From: Eledone cirrhosa
Lineage: Eukaryota
Length of the DNA stretch: 64,000 nt
Assembly (NCBI GenBank): GCA_964016885.1
Contig: OZ024743.1
Span: 69,750,001-69,814,000 of the forward strand
Direction of reading: 5' to 3'
Below, piece by piece: positions 13,063 to 26,130 of this stretch. The position numbers and the translations under genes are program-made. The notes below the pieces were generated by a model. That model saw nothing but the letters and a program-made list of their open reading frames with translations. It was not told where the DNA came from and made no database searches. Positions within the stretch are counted from its first letter, which is position 1, and the number at the start of each line of letters is the position of its first letter.

Positions 13063-15053
13063 TTACCTTACTTCTCGTAGGGGAAGGACAGTTTTTCCAT
13101 CCTTTTCACTGCTTGTGGCCTCCTCAGGAAGGATGCCCTTATAAATCCTCCTGGAGAGTGCTTGTCGGAAGTCTCCGATGTCTTTGGGGAATTTTTGTTT
13201 TAGTGTCATGTACGTTTTCTGTGTGATGCGAGTGATTTGTATGTGTGGAGGTGGTGTGAATTTTGGGGTTGTTGTGTAGTCTTTTTCTGTGATGCTGGTG
13301 TTGTGTTGGATGTAGTGTAATAATTGCTTGTTGTTCAAATTTAATGACGTGTAGTGTGTATCGTTTTGGTTGTTTTGTTTTGTTTGCGTTTGTTGTGGGT
13401 TTGTTTCTGTTTCGCATTTTGGTGACTTTTGTGGTGTAGGTGATGGTGGTGTTGGGGTTAATGATGGTGATGGTGTTGGTGTTTGGGTTGATGGGGTTGG
13501 TGATGCTGGTGTGGATGGTGGCATATCTGTCCTAACTTTTTTGTTTCTTAATTTATTTGTTTCCCTCTGTATTTTGTTTTTGGAGGGGGAAGGAAGAGTA
13601 TTTTTTTCTTTTTTGGTTTCTTTTTTTTTTCCGGATATCGTTTCCCACTCCTCGTCGTCACAATCTGTCTCCAGTTGTGATAGGCCGGGGAGTGGAAAAT
13701 CCTCCACAGCCGTTAGTTTTGGTTGTGGCGTGGTGGATGGTGTAGGCGCTGGTGCTAGTTCTGAAGCGTTGGCTGGTGGTGGTGTTGGTTTTGCTGGTGG
13801 TGGTGTTGGTTTTGCTACTGTTGCTGGGGTTGTTGCTGTTATAGTTGCTTCTGTTGTAGCTGCTACAGTTGTTGCTGCCATCTCTGCTACTGGTGGTGTT
13901 GATGGTTCTGTCACTGGGGTCGGTAGGAGAGGTGGCCTCAACCTTTTAGCCTGAGCGCAGAAAGCCCTTAGGTGGGTTCCTTCACCACAAACGACACACC
14001 TAGGTCTTCTGCCCTCGACAATTACCGTGAGGTGGCTGCCGTCAGTGAGGTCTATTACCTCTGGGATCTCCTCAATGCTTTTTTGGTCCGCTTGGATCAG
14101 GAGCTCCATCCCAGATCCGGACCAGTTCTCCTGTTTTTCTTTTGCTATTGCTATTATTTTCGTGTTGGGTTCGATGCCGGCGAGGACGGCCGCTATTAGC
14201 CAGGGAATTTCGATGGCCGGTGGAACGTGGGTCACCCTGATCTTTACGAGTCTCTGGCCACAATAGATTGGGACGAGTGTGAAGTCGTCACTTCTTAATG
14301 GGGCCATGGAGTGTTCTCTAGCCTCCTCTGGTGTTTCAAAGAACACGTCCACGGTTCCATACTTTTGCCCACGTCTGATGTGGGTTTTTCTTGCCCACAC
14401 ATGTCCCAAAGCTTTTTGGATTTTGGACTCGGATGCCCGTTCCACTCGGCGCGATTTTACATTTATTGTTCTAGACGACACGGTGCATAGGCGCCGATGT
14501 TCCATTTTATTAGGTGGGGGGTGAGGCTGACCCTGTACCCATCTTTCTTTACCATTTGTTTGGCATTTTCTAAATCCTCCTGAGTTACCGTAAATGCTTC
14601 GAACTCTTTTGCTACTCTGGCGAAACTGAGGGTCGGTTTTATAATGTCATTGTTGTTGTTGTTGCTATCGTTATTTGTGTTAATATTAATTTTAGTTTCA
14701 GTTGTGGTGGTGGTGACGTCAGTCGTCTTTGGTGCGGAAGAGTCCATTTTGCTTGATTTCATTTCGACATCACGAGTTAATTTATTTTTTTCTTCTTTTG
14801 TTTCTGTTGTCGCGGTGGTGGTGGGGGTGGTGGTTGTCGCTGTGGTGGTGGTGGTGGTGGAGGCTTTAACACCTGCAGTCATTGGTAATGGCGGGAAATG
14901 AATGTCTGCCTGAGACAAATTTAAAATATTGCTAGTGCTTATATTTTTTTTAGTGTTGGCAAACGTAGTAACATTTACAATGGTGGTGTCGGTGTGAGGT
15001 GTTAATTTGTGAGAAAGGCTTTCAGCTGCTTCGTGCAGAGGTGAATTAGCCAT
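13063..15053 (-). CDS. ORF1 of copy 2, one homopolymer frameshift at ~14518
   Basis: ORFs 14463-15053 and 13063-14505; CCHC knuckle present. Confidence 0.75.
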
Positions 15054-15567
15054 TTTTTTTTCAAAGAATTTTTTTGATAATAATAAAAGTTAAAATTTTG
15101 GGCACAAGGCCCCAATCTTTTTGGGTGTCCTTTTCGGAAAACAATGTATGTGTGCTTATAAACAGTTAACAATAAAATTTTCCATAAATGGCAATTTTTA
15201 ACAAACGGAAATAACAAACCTTTGCGGAGCTCACGATGATACGATTTACTACGTAGGTCGCCAATAATAATAATAATAATAATAATAATGATTTCATTTA
15301 TTAGCCACAAGGGCCGATATGTAGGGGACAATACAAAGACAGGGACAGTGGGGGTTTACAATAAGGTCGAGTAAAAGTGCACAATGGCAAGACTAATTTA
15401 ACAATGAAAATATAAAAATATAAAATAAACTATGCATAAATAAAACAAAATAAATTCCCCGATAGTGGGTGGACGACCCTGGGGTGATTCGGGTACCCCA
15501 CCAATCCTGAACCACCCTGCGCTTCTAGGGCACCTAGGAGAGCACCCCTCTCCTCAAGTTAGCCAGC

Positions 15568-18500
15568 CTATAGGCCCATGGTCAGAGTAGGCCCATTCAC
15601 ACGAGCCATTCTCGCCACATTCACCCACCTTTTAGCAAATGTACTGGGGGGCAGCACTTCCCTCTCCACCCTCACCCTCCTTTCCAGGTGAAACTTGAAG
15701 AAGTTGATGAGGGATTGGCCGAAGAGAAAAGTGTCTGTCTTTAGTCCTTTCAACCTGGTCCACCATATAATCTCTTTCACAACTGCCACCAGACAGAGAA
15801 AATGTCCTGCTCTTCCTGACCTAAGGAAGGTGGCGGCTCGATCTTCACTATGGACTCGGCCGATAGCCGGATTCGTTCCACACGCGACAGTAGCTGTTCG
15901 ACATAACTCCACAAGTCAGTAATGCACGGACATTGGACAAGTGCGTGCAGAACGGTTTCGTCGTTCTGTGCGCATCTTGGGCAGGTCCATCTGACAGCAT
16001 TTCCGTGCCTGTAGAGTTTATTCCGAACCGGCAGTGCCCCCCGGTAGCACTGCCAAGCGAGGGATTTCTGGAAATTGTCCATCGTCCCCGGCTCAAAAGT
16101 CCTCCGGTACAGACTGGTCAGTTCGACTTCGTCGAGGCCCAAAGCTTCTCCGAGTGCGTCATCGCACTCGCCCACCACTAATCCTCTATAGAACTCGAGA
16201 GTGGAAGTTCCACTGATCGCATTGCCCGCTTGGTAGAAGGCAGTGAGTGCCTGGCAACATCCCAGGTGCCAGTCGCCCAGTCTCGGTCTCTTCTTGACCC
16301 AGGACTGCAGCTCAGTCAAAGAAATGAGCTGCGGAAAGGCCCGTCTGATAAACGGCGACCACACTTGTTCACCATTGAGGCAGAATATCTGGAGATGTCG
16401 CAGCCTCAACGCATGTCTGCGTATCATTAGCCACGGCATGCCCAGCCCTCCGCGTAGAGGGTGCTGGCAGCAGATGGACCGCCTCACCAACGGAACTTGT
16501 CCCCTTCACAAGAATTTCAAGAGGAGCCGTTCCAACTTGACGAGGCGCGGACGGGGGCAAGGCACGACGGTTAGGCGGTAGTAGATGACGGACGCGATGT
16601 ACGCATTCGCCACCTCCGCGCGACCTTTCAGTGATAGCTTCCTCCCAGCCCATTTTTGGGTGAGACTGGCTACTCTGCTCGTTACCTCGTCCCAATTCTT
16701 TTCCACCTGGAGGTCTGGTCCGAACCAAACCCCGAGCAACTTTACTGGTCCGTCAGTCCAGCGCCCCACGACGTTGTTGGACGGCATGGGCTTGCCTCTC
16801 CAGGTTCCGAGCTGCAAATCCACCGACTTTTCCGGGTTAAGTTTGGCTCCTGTCAACCTTTCATATTCCTTCAAATAGGTGCCGACAACCTCGATTTCTG
16901 AGGTGTTCGACACCATCACGGTGATGTCGTCCGCATAAGCCGACACCGCCTGTCCACGTCCCGGTTCGAGCGGGATGCCCTGCAACAGCTCCAGCTTCCG
17001 CAGTAAAGGCTCGAGAGTCAATACGTACAGAAGGGAAGAGAGAGGGCACCCTTGATGGACCGATCGGGAGAGCCGAAATGGTTCCGAGAGGTGGCCATTA
17101 ACCTTGACCACCGAGCGTGTGCTGCTGTGCATTGCAACGATCCAGCTTCTAAAGACAGGGCCGAAGCCAGCTGCTTTGAGGACAAACTCCAGATACCGAT
17201 GGTCGACCCTATCGAATGCTTTCGATTGATCTAAATTGATCAGTGCCCTACCGAAGCCAGGTTTACACCCACCCCTCTCTATGATGTATCGCATGAGGTG
17301 GAGATTGTCGTGTATGGAGCTGGCTGGGATTGCGCAAGTTTGCGCCTCCCCAACCAAATCCTCGATGACAAGCGCCAATCTCTTTGCTAACACCTTGGCC
17401 AAAATCTTAAACTCTGTGTTGAGCAGAGTTATGGGCCTGAAGTTGTCTAATGTATCCATCTTGTTCTCGTCTTTCCTTATCAGCGTCACCACTCCCCTGC
17501 AGACAGAACTGGGAATACTTCCATTCTGCTGCCAGTTACAGTAGAGTGCTTCGAGGAGTTCGGAGAACAAGTCTGACATATTTACGTAAAGCTCGTAGGG
17601 AAAGCCATCCAAACCGGGTGACTTGCGCCTCATGCAGCCGACAAGGGCGTCCTGAATTTCGGCTGAAGTAATCGGCCTTTCGCAGCGCTCAGCGTCGACC
17701 GTCGAGATGCGCGGCAAGCCGTCAGGGTAGGGACTGAAATCCGCTACTCTCTCTGACTCGCCACTCTCCCTGAACAACCGAGCAAAGTGCTGGCGAAAGG
17801 CCTCACACATCCGCTTGGAATCGCTTATCTCGTGTCCGTCTCGGTCCGCCAAAGACCGAATTGTGGTTTTATTACCACGCTGCGCCTCCGCCACGCGGGC
17901 CCATCGAACAGCTTTAGTTCCCTCATTTCTCAGCGCACGCGCCTTAGCTCTGACAATGCAACCTTCGTGTTTTGCATTGAAGAAATGGTCTAATGCCATT
18001 CTCGCCGCTAGCACGTCAGTTGCGATGCCACTACAAATAGCCTCGTTTAACTTATCTACCAGCTCCCCTCCTTTCTATTTGTCTCTAACGCTAATTCTTT
18101 GCTGAACTCTATCGAAGTTACTCTAATCTCTCTTTTGAGAGCCACTGTTGTTGATGATCCCCCCTGTCAACTTTTGCTTAACTAAATTGTTGACTCGGTC
18201 CCTGTAAGCCTTACGTGCCGGAAATGACATGTTCTGCTTCCAGTAACCCGGTCCTAACCTACGCGTTTAATTTAGGTCGACCGTACAGATCACAAATTTG
18301 TGATCTGAATAGGCGACCGTTTTAAAAAGTGGACAGCCCACACTATTTCTATCTATTTTCCTACTGAAGATCCTGTCTATATACGATCTAGATGACCCCA
18401 TTCGGTTGGTCCATGTCCATACTGGCACATTGGGGAAATCTAGTCGATACCTGTCAGACAGTTGGAACTGGCTGAGTAGGTGCTTGAGGCTTTTGCACCC

Positions 18501-18979
18501 CCGCTCCTATCGGCTACTCCCACACAATCCCAGCGTGCGTCTAAGATGCCATTCCAGTCCCCCGCTAACTGTAAAGGGCGAGACGTACCCAGAAAGGTCT
18601 CCAGGCGCCTAAAGAAGTCAGTTCGTCCGGCCCCTGTAGGGGCGTAGACGGCCAGCAGTGTAAAGGCACCACCTTCGCTACTGCTCACATCCAAGACCAC
18701 CAAACTACCGTCCGGGTCCCGGAAGATCGACCTTACCTCAAGATCCAGTCCTTTCCTAAACAGCACTGCCACACCACCCCTCATTTCCGGCCTGCTAACA
18801 GATGTGAAGTTCTGATAGTCGTCGAAAATGGGGGCTAGTGCGCGCGTGTCGGAAATTCTGGTCTCGCTTACGGCAATCACATCCATTTCCAGCGACCGGG
18901 GGTCGTTGAGCAGGCGACGCTGCTTCCAGGGTGACCCCAGGCCGCGAACATTTAAACTTCCTACTCTTAATATGGCCAT
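15568..18979 (-). pseudogene. Fragmented ORF2 of copy 3
   Basis: ORFs 18440-18979, 16506-18014, 15777-16490 and 15568-15912 carry APE, RT (AYADD) and CCHC motifs. Confidence 0.9.
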
Positions 18980-19013
18980 ATTGGTAAGCTAAGAGAGAGA
19001 GAGAGGGAAGGTT

Positions 19014-20825
19014 TACTTACCTCCCGGGTCTTGTGAAGGTCGAGTGGTTCGACCTCCATGGTTGGTGGGGTTTCTTTTGGGACCCCTTTAAAAGTCTTGA
19101 CGTGGGTTTCACATTCGGGGTTTCCACGTCTTGAGAAAAGCTCTCTCGAATTTCTTTGAAGGAATTGAGTGACATTCGGACCAGAAGCAAATATTCTGGC
19201 ACGCAAAATGTGCTCATTTCAAAAATCTCCTCCTCTGTTTGAATGTCCTCGCTTCACGCTAGGAGGGCCATCAGTTTATCGTTGGCCCTTCTGACAAGCA
19301 CGAAGTTTTTAACATTTTGTTGGTGTGGTTTTATTTGTTTTCATTTTGGTGAAGGTGGTGGCGATGGTTTTGGTGGTGTTATTTCGGGTATGTCTATGTT
19401 TGTTGTAGGTGTGGTGTCTGCAATTTCAGATATTTGTCTGTTTATTTGTACTTGTGTTTGTTTAGATTGTTTGCGTTTCGGGGATTGTAGAGGTGGTGTC
19501 GATGTTGCTGTTGGGGATGATGTTATTGGGGAAGTGTTTGCGTTAGTGGTGTCTGTATTTTTTGTTGTGTGTGTTTTTGTGTTTTTTGGGGGCTTTTATT
19601 TTTTTGTGAGTTTTCTCTGTTTTTTTGCACTTTTGGGTTTTCCTTCATTTTCGCTGCTGGAAGACAAAGGGTCTGTGTCTGTGAGTGTCTCTGTGTCTGT
19701 GTGTGCGTTTATTGTTTTGTCTATGTGTATAATTGGGGGGGGGGAGTGGGAGAGCTTTCCTCGTTTTCTCCTTGGATTGGTTTTGGTGTTGGTGATCCGG
19801 CTGCTTTTGATGTTGGTGTCCGTGTTTTTGTTGATGTTGTTTTTGGTGGTGGTGCATTTTTTCGTGCTGACACTGGCGTTGGCAACAAAGGAGGTTTGCG
19901 ACCCCCTGCATGTTTGCGCTGAGGGCAGAAGGCTTGAAGATGCGTTGCTTCCCCGCAGACGAAGCAGCGTGGCCTTCTTCCGTCAATTATTAGTTGGATT
20001 GTTGTCCCGTCCTGAAGGCGGGCAAAATCCGGGATGTTATTCATATCCTCCGGTTTCATTTGGAGAAGTATCTCCAAATCCATTCCGGACCAGTCCTCTC
20101 TCTCTGTCCTTTTGATGTCCAGGAGGGTAGTGTCTGTCCCCTCCTCGATTACGCATCCCAGCAGCCACCACATGTTCATTCCTGGTGGGATGCTGGGAAT
20201 GCGTACCTTCATTGTCCTTTTACCCATATAGGACGGATGCATGATAATGCGTTCCGTTCTGCAGGGGGTCACCGAGTGCTTAATAGCGAGGGCCTCGGTT
20301 TTGAACAGTACCGAGATGGTACCGAACTGTTTGCCTCTTCTTTGTACTCTATGTTACTTCCGATGTACTCCAAAGCAGCCTCTACCTCTGCTTGGCTCGC
20401 AAGTTCCACTTTTCGTGTCTGCAACGAAATACATCGAAAGAGCACCGTCCTCCTTTGCATGGCCGCTATTGCCTCGTCCGGGATGGTCAGGTTTGCCCAG
20501 GACTTCTCCCGTTTAATTAGCCTCCACGCTTTGGCCAACTGTTCGTCTTTATCGCTAATATCGATATCAATATTCAATAAGCGCTTTGTTTTTGCTGCTG
20601 CTGCAGCAAATGTGGTGTTTCTGATGCTCTTATTGTTGTTGTTGTCATTCTTGCTGTTGCCACCGCCACCCTTGTTTACATTGAAGCTGTCGGTGTTATT
20701 GTCGTATTGCTCTGAGTTGTTGTTGTTGTTATGGTGGTGGTGGTGGTGGCGGTGGTGGTGATGTCGTTTTCAGATGATACTGCTGCTATGGCAGAAGGTT
20801 GTGATGTTAGCTTTTGAGTTTTACC
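19014..20825 (-). pseudogene. Fragmented ORF1 of copy 3
   Basis: ORFs 20269-20577 and 19721-20272 align to copy 1 ORF1 (e.g. REDWSGMDLEILLQ vs QENWSGSGMELLIQ). Confidence 0.8.
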
Positions 20826-20842
20826 ATAATAATAATAATAAT

Positions 20843-21050
20843 GATTTATTTATTGGCCACAAGGGCTGACATCAAGATAAACATTACAGACAGCACAGGA
20901 CGGTACAGGACGGTACGATGTGGGTTTTGTGCGTGTAAATATTTTTATTATTTATATAAGAAAAGAAGAAAAAAAGGACATAGAAACATATATATATATA
21001 AACAATAAAAATGAAAATTGAAACAATGAAAAATTCCCCAATAGGGGGGA
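20843..21050 (-). mobile_element. Tx1-group copy 4, 3'UTR-only fragment
   Basis: TCCCCCCTATTGGGGAATTTT...CCCTTGTGGCCAATAAATAAATC + (ATT)n, as in copies 1-2. Confidence 0.8.
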
Positions 21051-21708
21051 ACCAGATTTGCTCAACGAGTATAAATTATATTCCGGAGAAAATGTAGAAA
21101 AGATGAATATAAAATGAAAGTGCTTTTATAAAGCAATTTATTAGGTATTGACATATGTTTCTGTAACAGACGGAATACCTATGTATCGCTGCTTGCGTAA
21201 TCATATAATGTTAGCAAGTATTCGATAGCAAATGAATAAACAGTTGTCACTTCTTCAGAGATATTGGATAAATTGGAAAAAATCAGAAAAATTAAAGTAT
21301 TTATATTAGTTGTAAGAAAGGAAGAAGAGAAGGGATAGTATATGACAGATGCAATTCAATTTGCTGGTAAACAAGTATATAGAAGGTTTTTAATGAGAAT
21401 ACAATGAGTATATGGCTTATTTGATCTAAATAAGAATTTTTGGGAGTGCCTATTTTAATATATATTTGACCAATTGAACAATGGACAGGGCTGGTCGTTT
21501 GGTGTAGTAGTATTAATACAGATATAAAGTGTCAAGTAAGGAAGAGAGATTTTCACTGCTACTGTATAACAACAATGCCGGTAGCCTGCTGGTATATGCA
21601 ATAGGGAATTGAATTAAGAAATCTCATTTTATCTACAGCAGTTTATATTAAATGGTAAAGAATATAAGAGTTGATAGAATTAAGACTAATAGAGAATGTT
21701 AATATGAA

Positions 21709-21739
<31 letters not shown>

Positions 21740-21744
21740 AACGA

Positions 21745-21800
21745 AGGATTAGCCGTCGGAACGGCTTGAGCTCTGCCGTGGGGGTCATACTTGTTCCTAT
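21745..21800 (+). mobile_element. Family C pseudo-LTR fragment in (TA)n
   Basis: TAGCCGTCGGAACGGCTTGAGCTCTGCCGTGGGGGTC matches ~3007-3045 and the reverse complement of ~58335-58371. Confidence 0.55.
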
Positions 21801-22084
21801 ATATATATTATATATATATATATACATACATATGTATATATATGCACACACACACACATATATATATATATAATCAAGGTTTAGCAAATAAGAAAAAGTT
21901 TCAAAATAAATTTCAAAAAATTCACTGTACTCACTATAATATATAATATATATATAAATATATATATATAAACGGGAAAAAATGAAACGAAATTTCATTT
22001 CCCACTCTTAGTACGGCTGTTACTTAAATATATACATATAAGTACACACATAAATATGTGCACAGACACAGACACGCATATACA

Positions 22085-22138
<54 letters not shown>

Positions 22139-22269
22139 CTGGACAAGAGATGGAATGGGATACGGGTATCAATAACGGAGTTTGGAGAGAAATGAGTACA
22201 AAGACTCTAGTGAAGACAGATGATGACAACACTGATGATGATGATGATCTTGAGCATCATAGGGCTGTT

Positions 22270-25075
22270 TGTGGTGGTGGTGGTGGTGGTGGTGGTGGTG
22301 GTGGTGGGGGTGATGGTACTGGTGGTGTTGGTGGTGTTGGTGGTGGTGGGTGATTATGGGGGGGGTTGTTGGTGGTGGTGGTGTTGGTGGTGGTGGTGGT
22401 GTTGGTGTTGGTGGTGTTTGTGGTGGGGGTGGGGGTGTTGATAGTGGTGGTGGTATTGTTGTTGGTGGTGGTGGTGTTGGTGGTGGTGCTGGTGGTGGTG
22501 TTGGTGTTGGTGGTGTTGGTGGTGGTGTTGATTGTGGTGGTGGTGTTGGTGGTGGTGGTGGTGGTGGTGGTGTTGGTGGTGTTGGTGGTGTTGGCAGTGT
22601 TGGTGGTTCTGGTGTTGGTGGTGGTGGTGTTGATGGTGCTGGTGGTGTTGGTGGTGTTGGTGGTGGGGGTGATGGTGGTGTTTGTGTTGCTGACGTTGCT
22701 GTTGTAGTTGGTGGTGGTGTTGATGTTGTAGTTGGTGGTGGTGTTGATGGTGATGTTGTAGTTGTGTTGTTGTTGATGTTGTAGTTGGTGGTGGTGTTGC
22801 TGGTGGTGTTGTTGTAGTTGTTGTTGATGTTGTACTTGGTGGTGGTGTTGTTGGTGGTGTTGTTGTTGTTGGTGGTGTTGTTGTTGGTGGTGTTGTTGTT
22901 GTTGGTGTTGTTGTTGTTGCTGGTGTTGTTGTTGCTGGTGGTGTTGATGATGGTGATGTTGACGTTGTTGTTGATGTTGTTGGTGTTGTTGATGTTGTAG
23001 TTGGTGGTGGTGTTGATGGTGGTGATGTTGACGTTGTTGTTGATGTTGTTGGTGTTGTTGATGTTGTAGTTGGTGGTGGTGTTGATGGTGGTGATGTTGA
23101 TGTTGTTGCTGATGTTTGTAGTTGGTGGTGGTGTTGATGTTGTTGATATTGTAGTTGGTGGTGGTGTTGAAGGTGGTGGTGTTGATGTTGATGTTGATGT
23201 TGTAGTTGTGTGATGGTGTTGTTGGTGGTGTTGTTGATGGTGTTGTTGATGTTGTAGTTGGTGGTGGTGTTGATGGTGGTGATGTTGATGTTGTTGCTGA
23301 TGTTTGTAGTTGGTGGTGGTGTTGATGTTGTTGATATTGTAGTTGGTGGTGGTGTTGAAGGTGGTGGTGTTGATGTTGATGTTGATGTTGTAGTTGTGTG
23401 ATGGTGTTGTTGGTGGTGTTGTTGATGGTGTTGTTGATGTTGTAGTTGGTGGTGGTGTTGATGGTGGTGATGTTGATGTTGTTGCTGATGTTTGTAGTTG
23501 GTGGTGGTGTTGATGTTGTTGATATTGTAGTTGGTGGTGGTGTTGAAGGTGGTGGTGTTGATGTTGATGTTGATGTTGTAGTTGTGTGATGGTGTTGTTG
23601 GTGGTGTTGTTGATGGTGTTGTTGATGTTGTAGTTGGTGGTGGTGTTGATGGTGGTGGTGTTGATGTTGTTGATGTTGTAGTTGGTGGTGGTGTTGATGG
23701 TGTTGGTGTTGATGTTGTAGTTGGTGGTGGTGTTGATGGTGGTGGTGTTGATGTTGTAGTTGGTGGTGGTGTTGTTGGTGGTGTTGTTGATGGTGGTGGT
23801 GTTGTAGTTGGTGGTGGTGTTGATGGTGGTGGTGCTGATGTTGTTGTTGATGTTGTAGTTGGTGCTGGTGTTGATGGTGGTGGTGTTGATGGTGGTGGTG
23901 TTGATGTTGTTGATGTTGTAGTTGGTGGTGGTGTTGTTGGTGGTGGTGTTGATGGTGGTGGTGGTGATGTTGTAGTTGGTGGTGGTGTTGATGGTGGTGG
24001 TGTTGATGTTGTAGTTGGTGGTGGTGTTGATGGTGGTGGTGTTGATGTTGTTGATGTTGTAGTTGGTTGTGGTGTTGTTGGTCGTGGTGTTGATGTTGAT
24101 GCTGTAGTTGGTGGTGGTGTTGTTGGTCGTTGTGTTGATGTTGATGCTGTAGTTGGTGGTGGTGTTGTTGGTCGTGGTGTTGATGTTGATGCTGTAGTTG
24201 GTGGTGGTGTTGTTGGTCGTGGTGTTGATGTTGATGCTGTAGTTGGTGGTGGTGTTGTTGGTCGTGGTGTTGATGTTGATGCTGTAGTTGGTGGTGGTGT
24301 TGTTGGTCGTGGTGTTGATGTTGTTGTTGATGTTGTAGTTGGTCGTGGTGTTGATGTTGATGCTGTAGTTGGTGGTGGTGTTGTTGGTCGTGGTGTTGAT
24401 GTTGATGCTGTAGTTGGTGGTGGTGTTGTTGGTCGTGGTGTTGATGTTGTTGTTGATGTTGTAGTTGGTCGTGGTGTTGATGTTGATGCTGTAGTTGGTG
24501 GTGGTGTTGTTGGTCGTTGTGTTGATGTTGATGCTGTAGTTGGTGGTGGTGTTGTTGGTCGTGGTGTTGATGTTGATGCTGTAGTTGGTGGTGGTGTTGT
24601 TGGTCGTGGTGTTGATGTTGATGCTGTAGTTGGTGGTGGTGTTGTTGGTCGTGGTGTTGATGTTGATGCTGTAGTTGGTGGTGGTGTTGTTGGTCGTGGT
24701 GTTGATGTTGTTGTTGATGTTGTAGTTGGTCGTGGTGTTGATGTTGATGCTGTAGTTGGTGGTGGTGTTGTTGGTCGTTGTGTTGATGTTGATGCTGTAG
24801 TTGGTGTTGGTGTTGTTGGTCGTGGTGTTGATGTTGATGCTGTAGTTGGTGGTGGTGTTGTTGGTCGTGGTGTTGATGTTGATGCTGTAGTTGGTGGTGG
24901 TGTTGTTGGTCGTGGTGTTGATGTTGATGCTGTAGTTGGTGGTGGTGTTGTTGGTCGTGGTGTTGATGTTGTTGTTGATGTTGTAGTTGGTCGTGGTGTT
25001 GATGTTGATGCTGTAGTTGGTGGTGGTGTTGTTGGTCGTGGTGTTGATGTTGATGCTGTAGTTGGTGGTGGTGTT
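22270..25075. repeat. GGT/GTT/GAT low-complexity tract grading into minisatellites
   Basis: 188-bp unit x~3 (marker GCTGATGTTTGTA at 23108, 23296, 23484); 45-bp unit GATGCTGTAGTTGGTGGTGGTGTTGTTGGTCGTGGTGTTGATGTT over ~24060-25075. Confidence 0.9.
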
Positions 25076-25157
25076 TTAGGTTATAAGAAGTAGATTAACT
25101 TGTAAGACATGGTCTCTCCTCTGGGAAATCAGACAGAGATGATTTAACGGTAGAATA

Positions 25158-25171
25158 GCAACTACAACTAG

Positions 25172-25250
<79 letters not shown>

Positions 25251-25377
25251 GCTACTACTACTGCTACTACTACTACTGCTGATACTACTACTGCTGCTGC
25301 TACTACTGCTACTACTACTACTACCACTACTACTATTACTACTGCTGCTGCTGCTACTACTACTACTACTACTGCTG

Positions 25378-25412
<35 letters not shown>

Positions 25413-25473
25413 GCTACTGCTACTACTACTACTACTACTACTAATAATAATAATAATAATAATACTGCTGCTG

Positions 25474-25515
<42 letters not shown>

Positions 25516-25567
25516 TTACTACTACTACTACTACTGGAGGAACAGAAAGATGAGAACAAGAAAGGTG

Positions 25568-25606
<39 letters not shown>

Positions 25607-25673
25607 CAGTAGTAGTAGTAGTAGCTGTAATAATAGTTGTAGTAGTAGTCGTAGTAGTAGTAGTAGCAGAAGC

Positions 25674-25718
<45 letters not shown>

Positions 25719-25720
25719 TG
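25158..25720. repeat. (CTA)n followed by inverted (TAG)n
   Basis: (ACT)n to ~25535, ~35-bp purine spacer, then (AGT)n ~25569-25720. Confidence 0.9.
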
Positions 25721-25879
25721 CGGTTGCAGTAGTTGTTGCTCTTGTTGTTGTTGATGTAGTTTTTGTTGCTGTTGTTGTAAACAGTTTTATGCAAATTATA
25801 TTGAAATAATCCTAGTGTTGTAGTTGATATATATTACATTCTAGATTTAAAATAATTTTTATTTCATATCATGTTGGTA

Positions 25880-26130
25880 ATGTTGTTATGTCTGCTGTTG
25901 CCGTTGTTGTTGTTGTGGCTGCTGCTGCTGTTGTTGTTGTATTTGTTGTTGTGGCTGTTGTTGTTGTTGTTGTTGTTGTTGTTGTGGCTGCTGCTGCTGT
26001 TGTTGTTGTAGCTGTTGTTGTGGCTGCTGCTGTAGTTGTTGTTGTTGTTGTGGTTGATGCTGCTGTTGTTGTAGTTGTTGTAGTTGTTGTTGTGGCTGAT
26101 GTTTTTGTTATTTCTACCTCTGTAGTTGTT
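25880..26130. repeat. (GTT)n/(GCT)n microsatellite
   Basis: Direct reading. Confidence 0.85.

Larger units (their letters stand above)
9406..15262 (-). mobile_element. Full-length Tx1-group LINE copy 2, same family as copy 1
   Basis: Colinear and highly similar to copy 1, with the same 5' terminus GGCGACCTACGTAG. Confidence 0.93.
15290..20825 (-). mobile_element. Tx1-group LINE copy 3, a distinct more diverged family, slightly 5'-truncated
   Basis: Homologous but clearly different ORF1 (CFVCGEATHLQAFC) and ORF2; similar 3' terminus CTTGTGGCTAATAAATGAAATC; (AAT)n on both sides. Confidence 0.9.

Noticed and set aside
21051-21700. Possible decayed RT fragments (also 27480-28000, and a PHD-like stretch at ~61620)
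   Set aside because: Only isolated short motif resemblances.
24060-25075. CRISPR-like regularity (also 45653-45832)
   Set aside because: Contiguous tandem units with no unique spacers, no cas genes, eukaryotic context.
23585-25080. Mucin-like PTS frame on the minus strand (TTASTSTPRPTTPPP) and the 503-aa V/G/D ORF on the plus strand
   Set aside because: Base composition alone explains the lack of stops. The PTS frame is preceded by TAA with no clear acceptor, and the adjacent 188-bp units break frame. Not fully excluded without RNA-seq.
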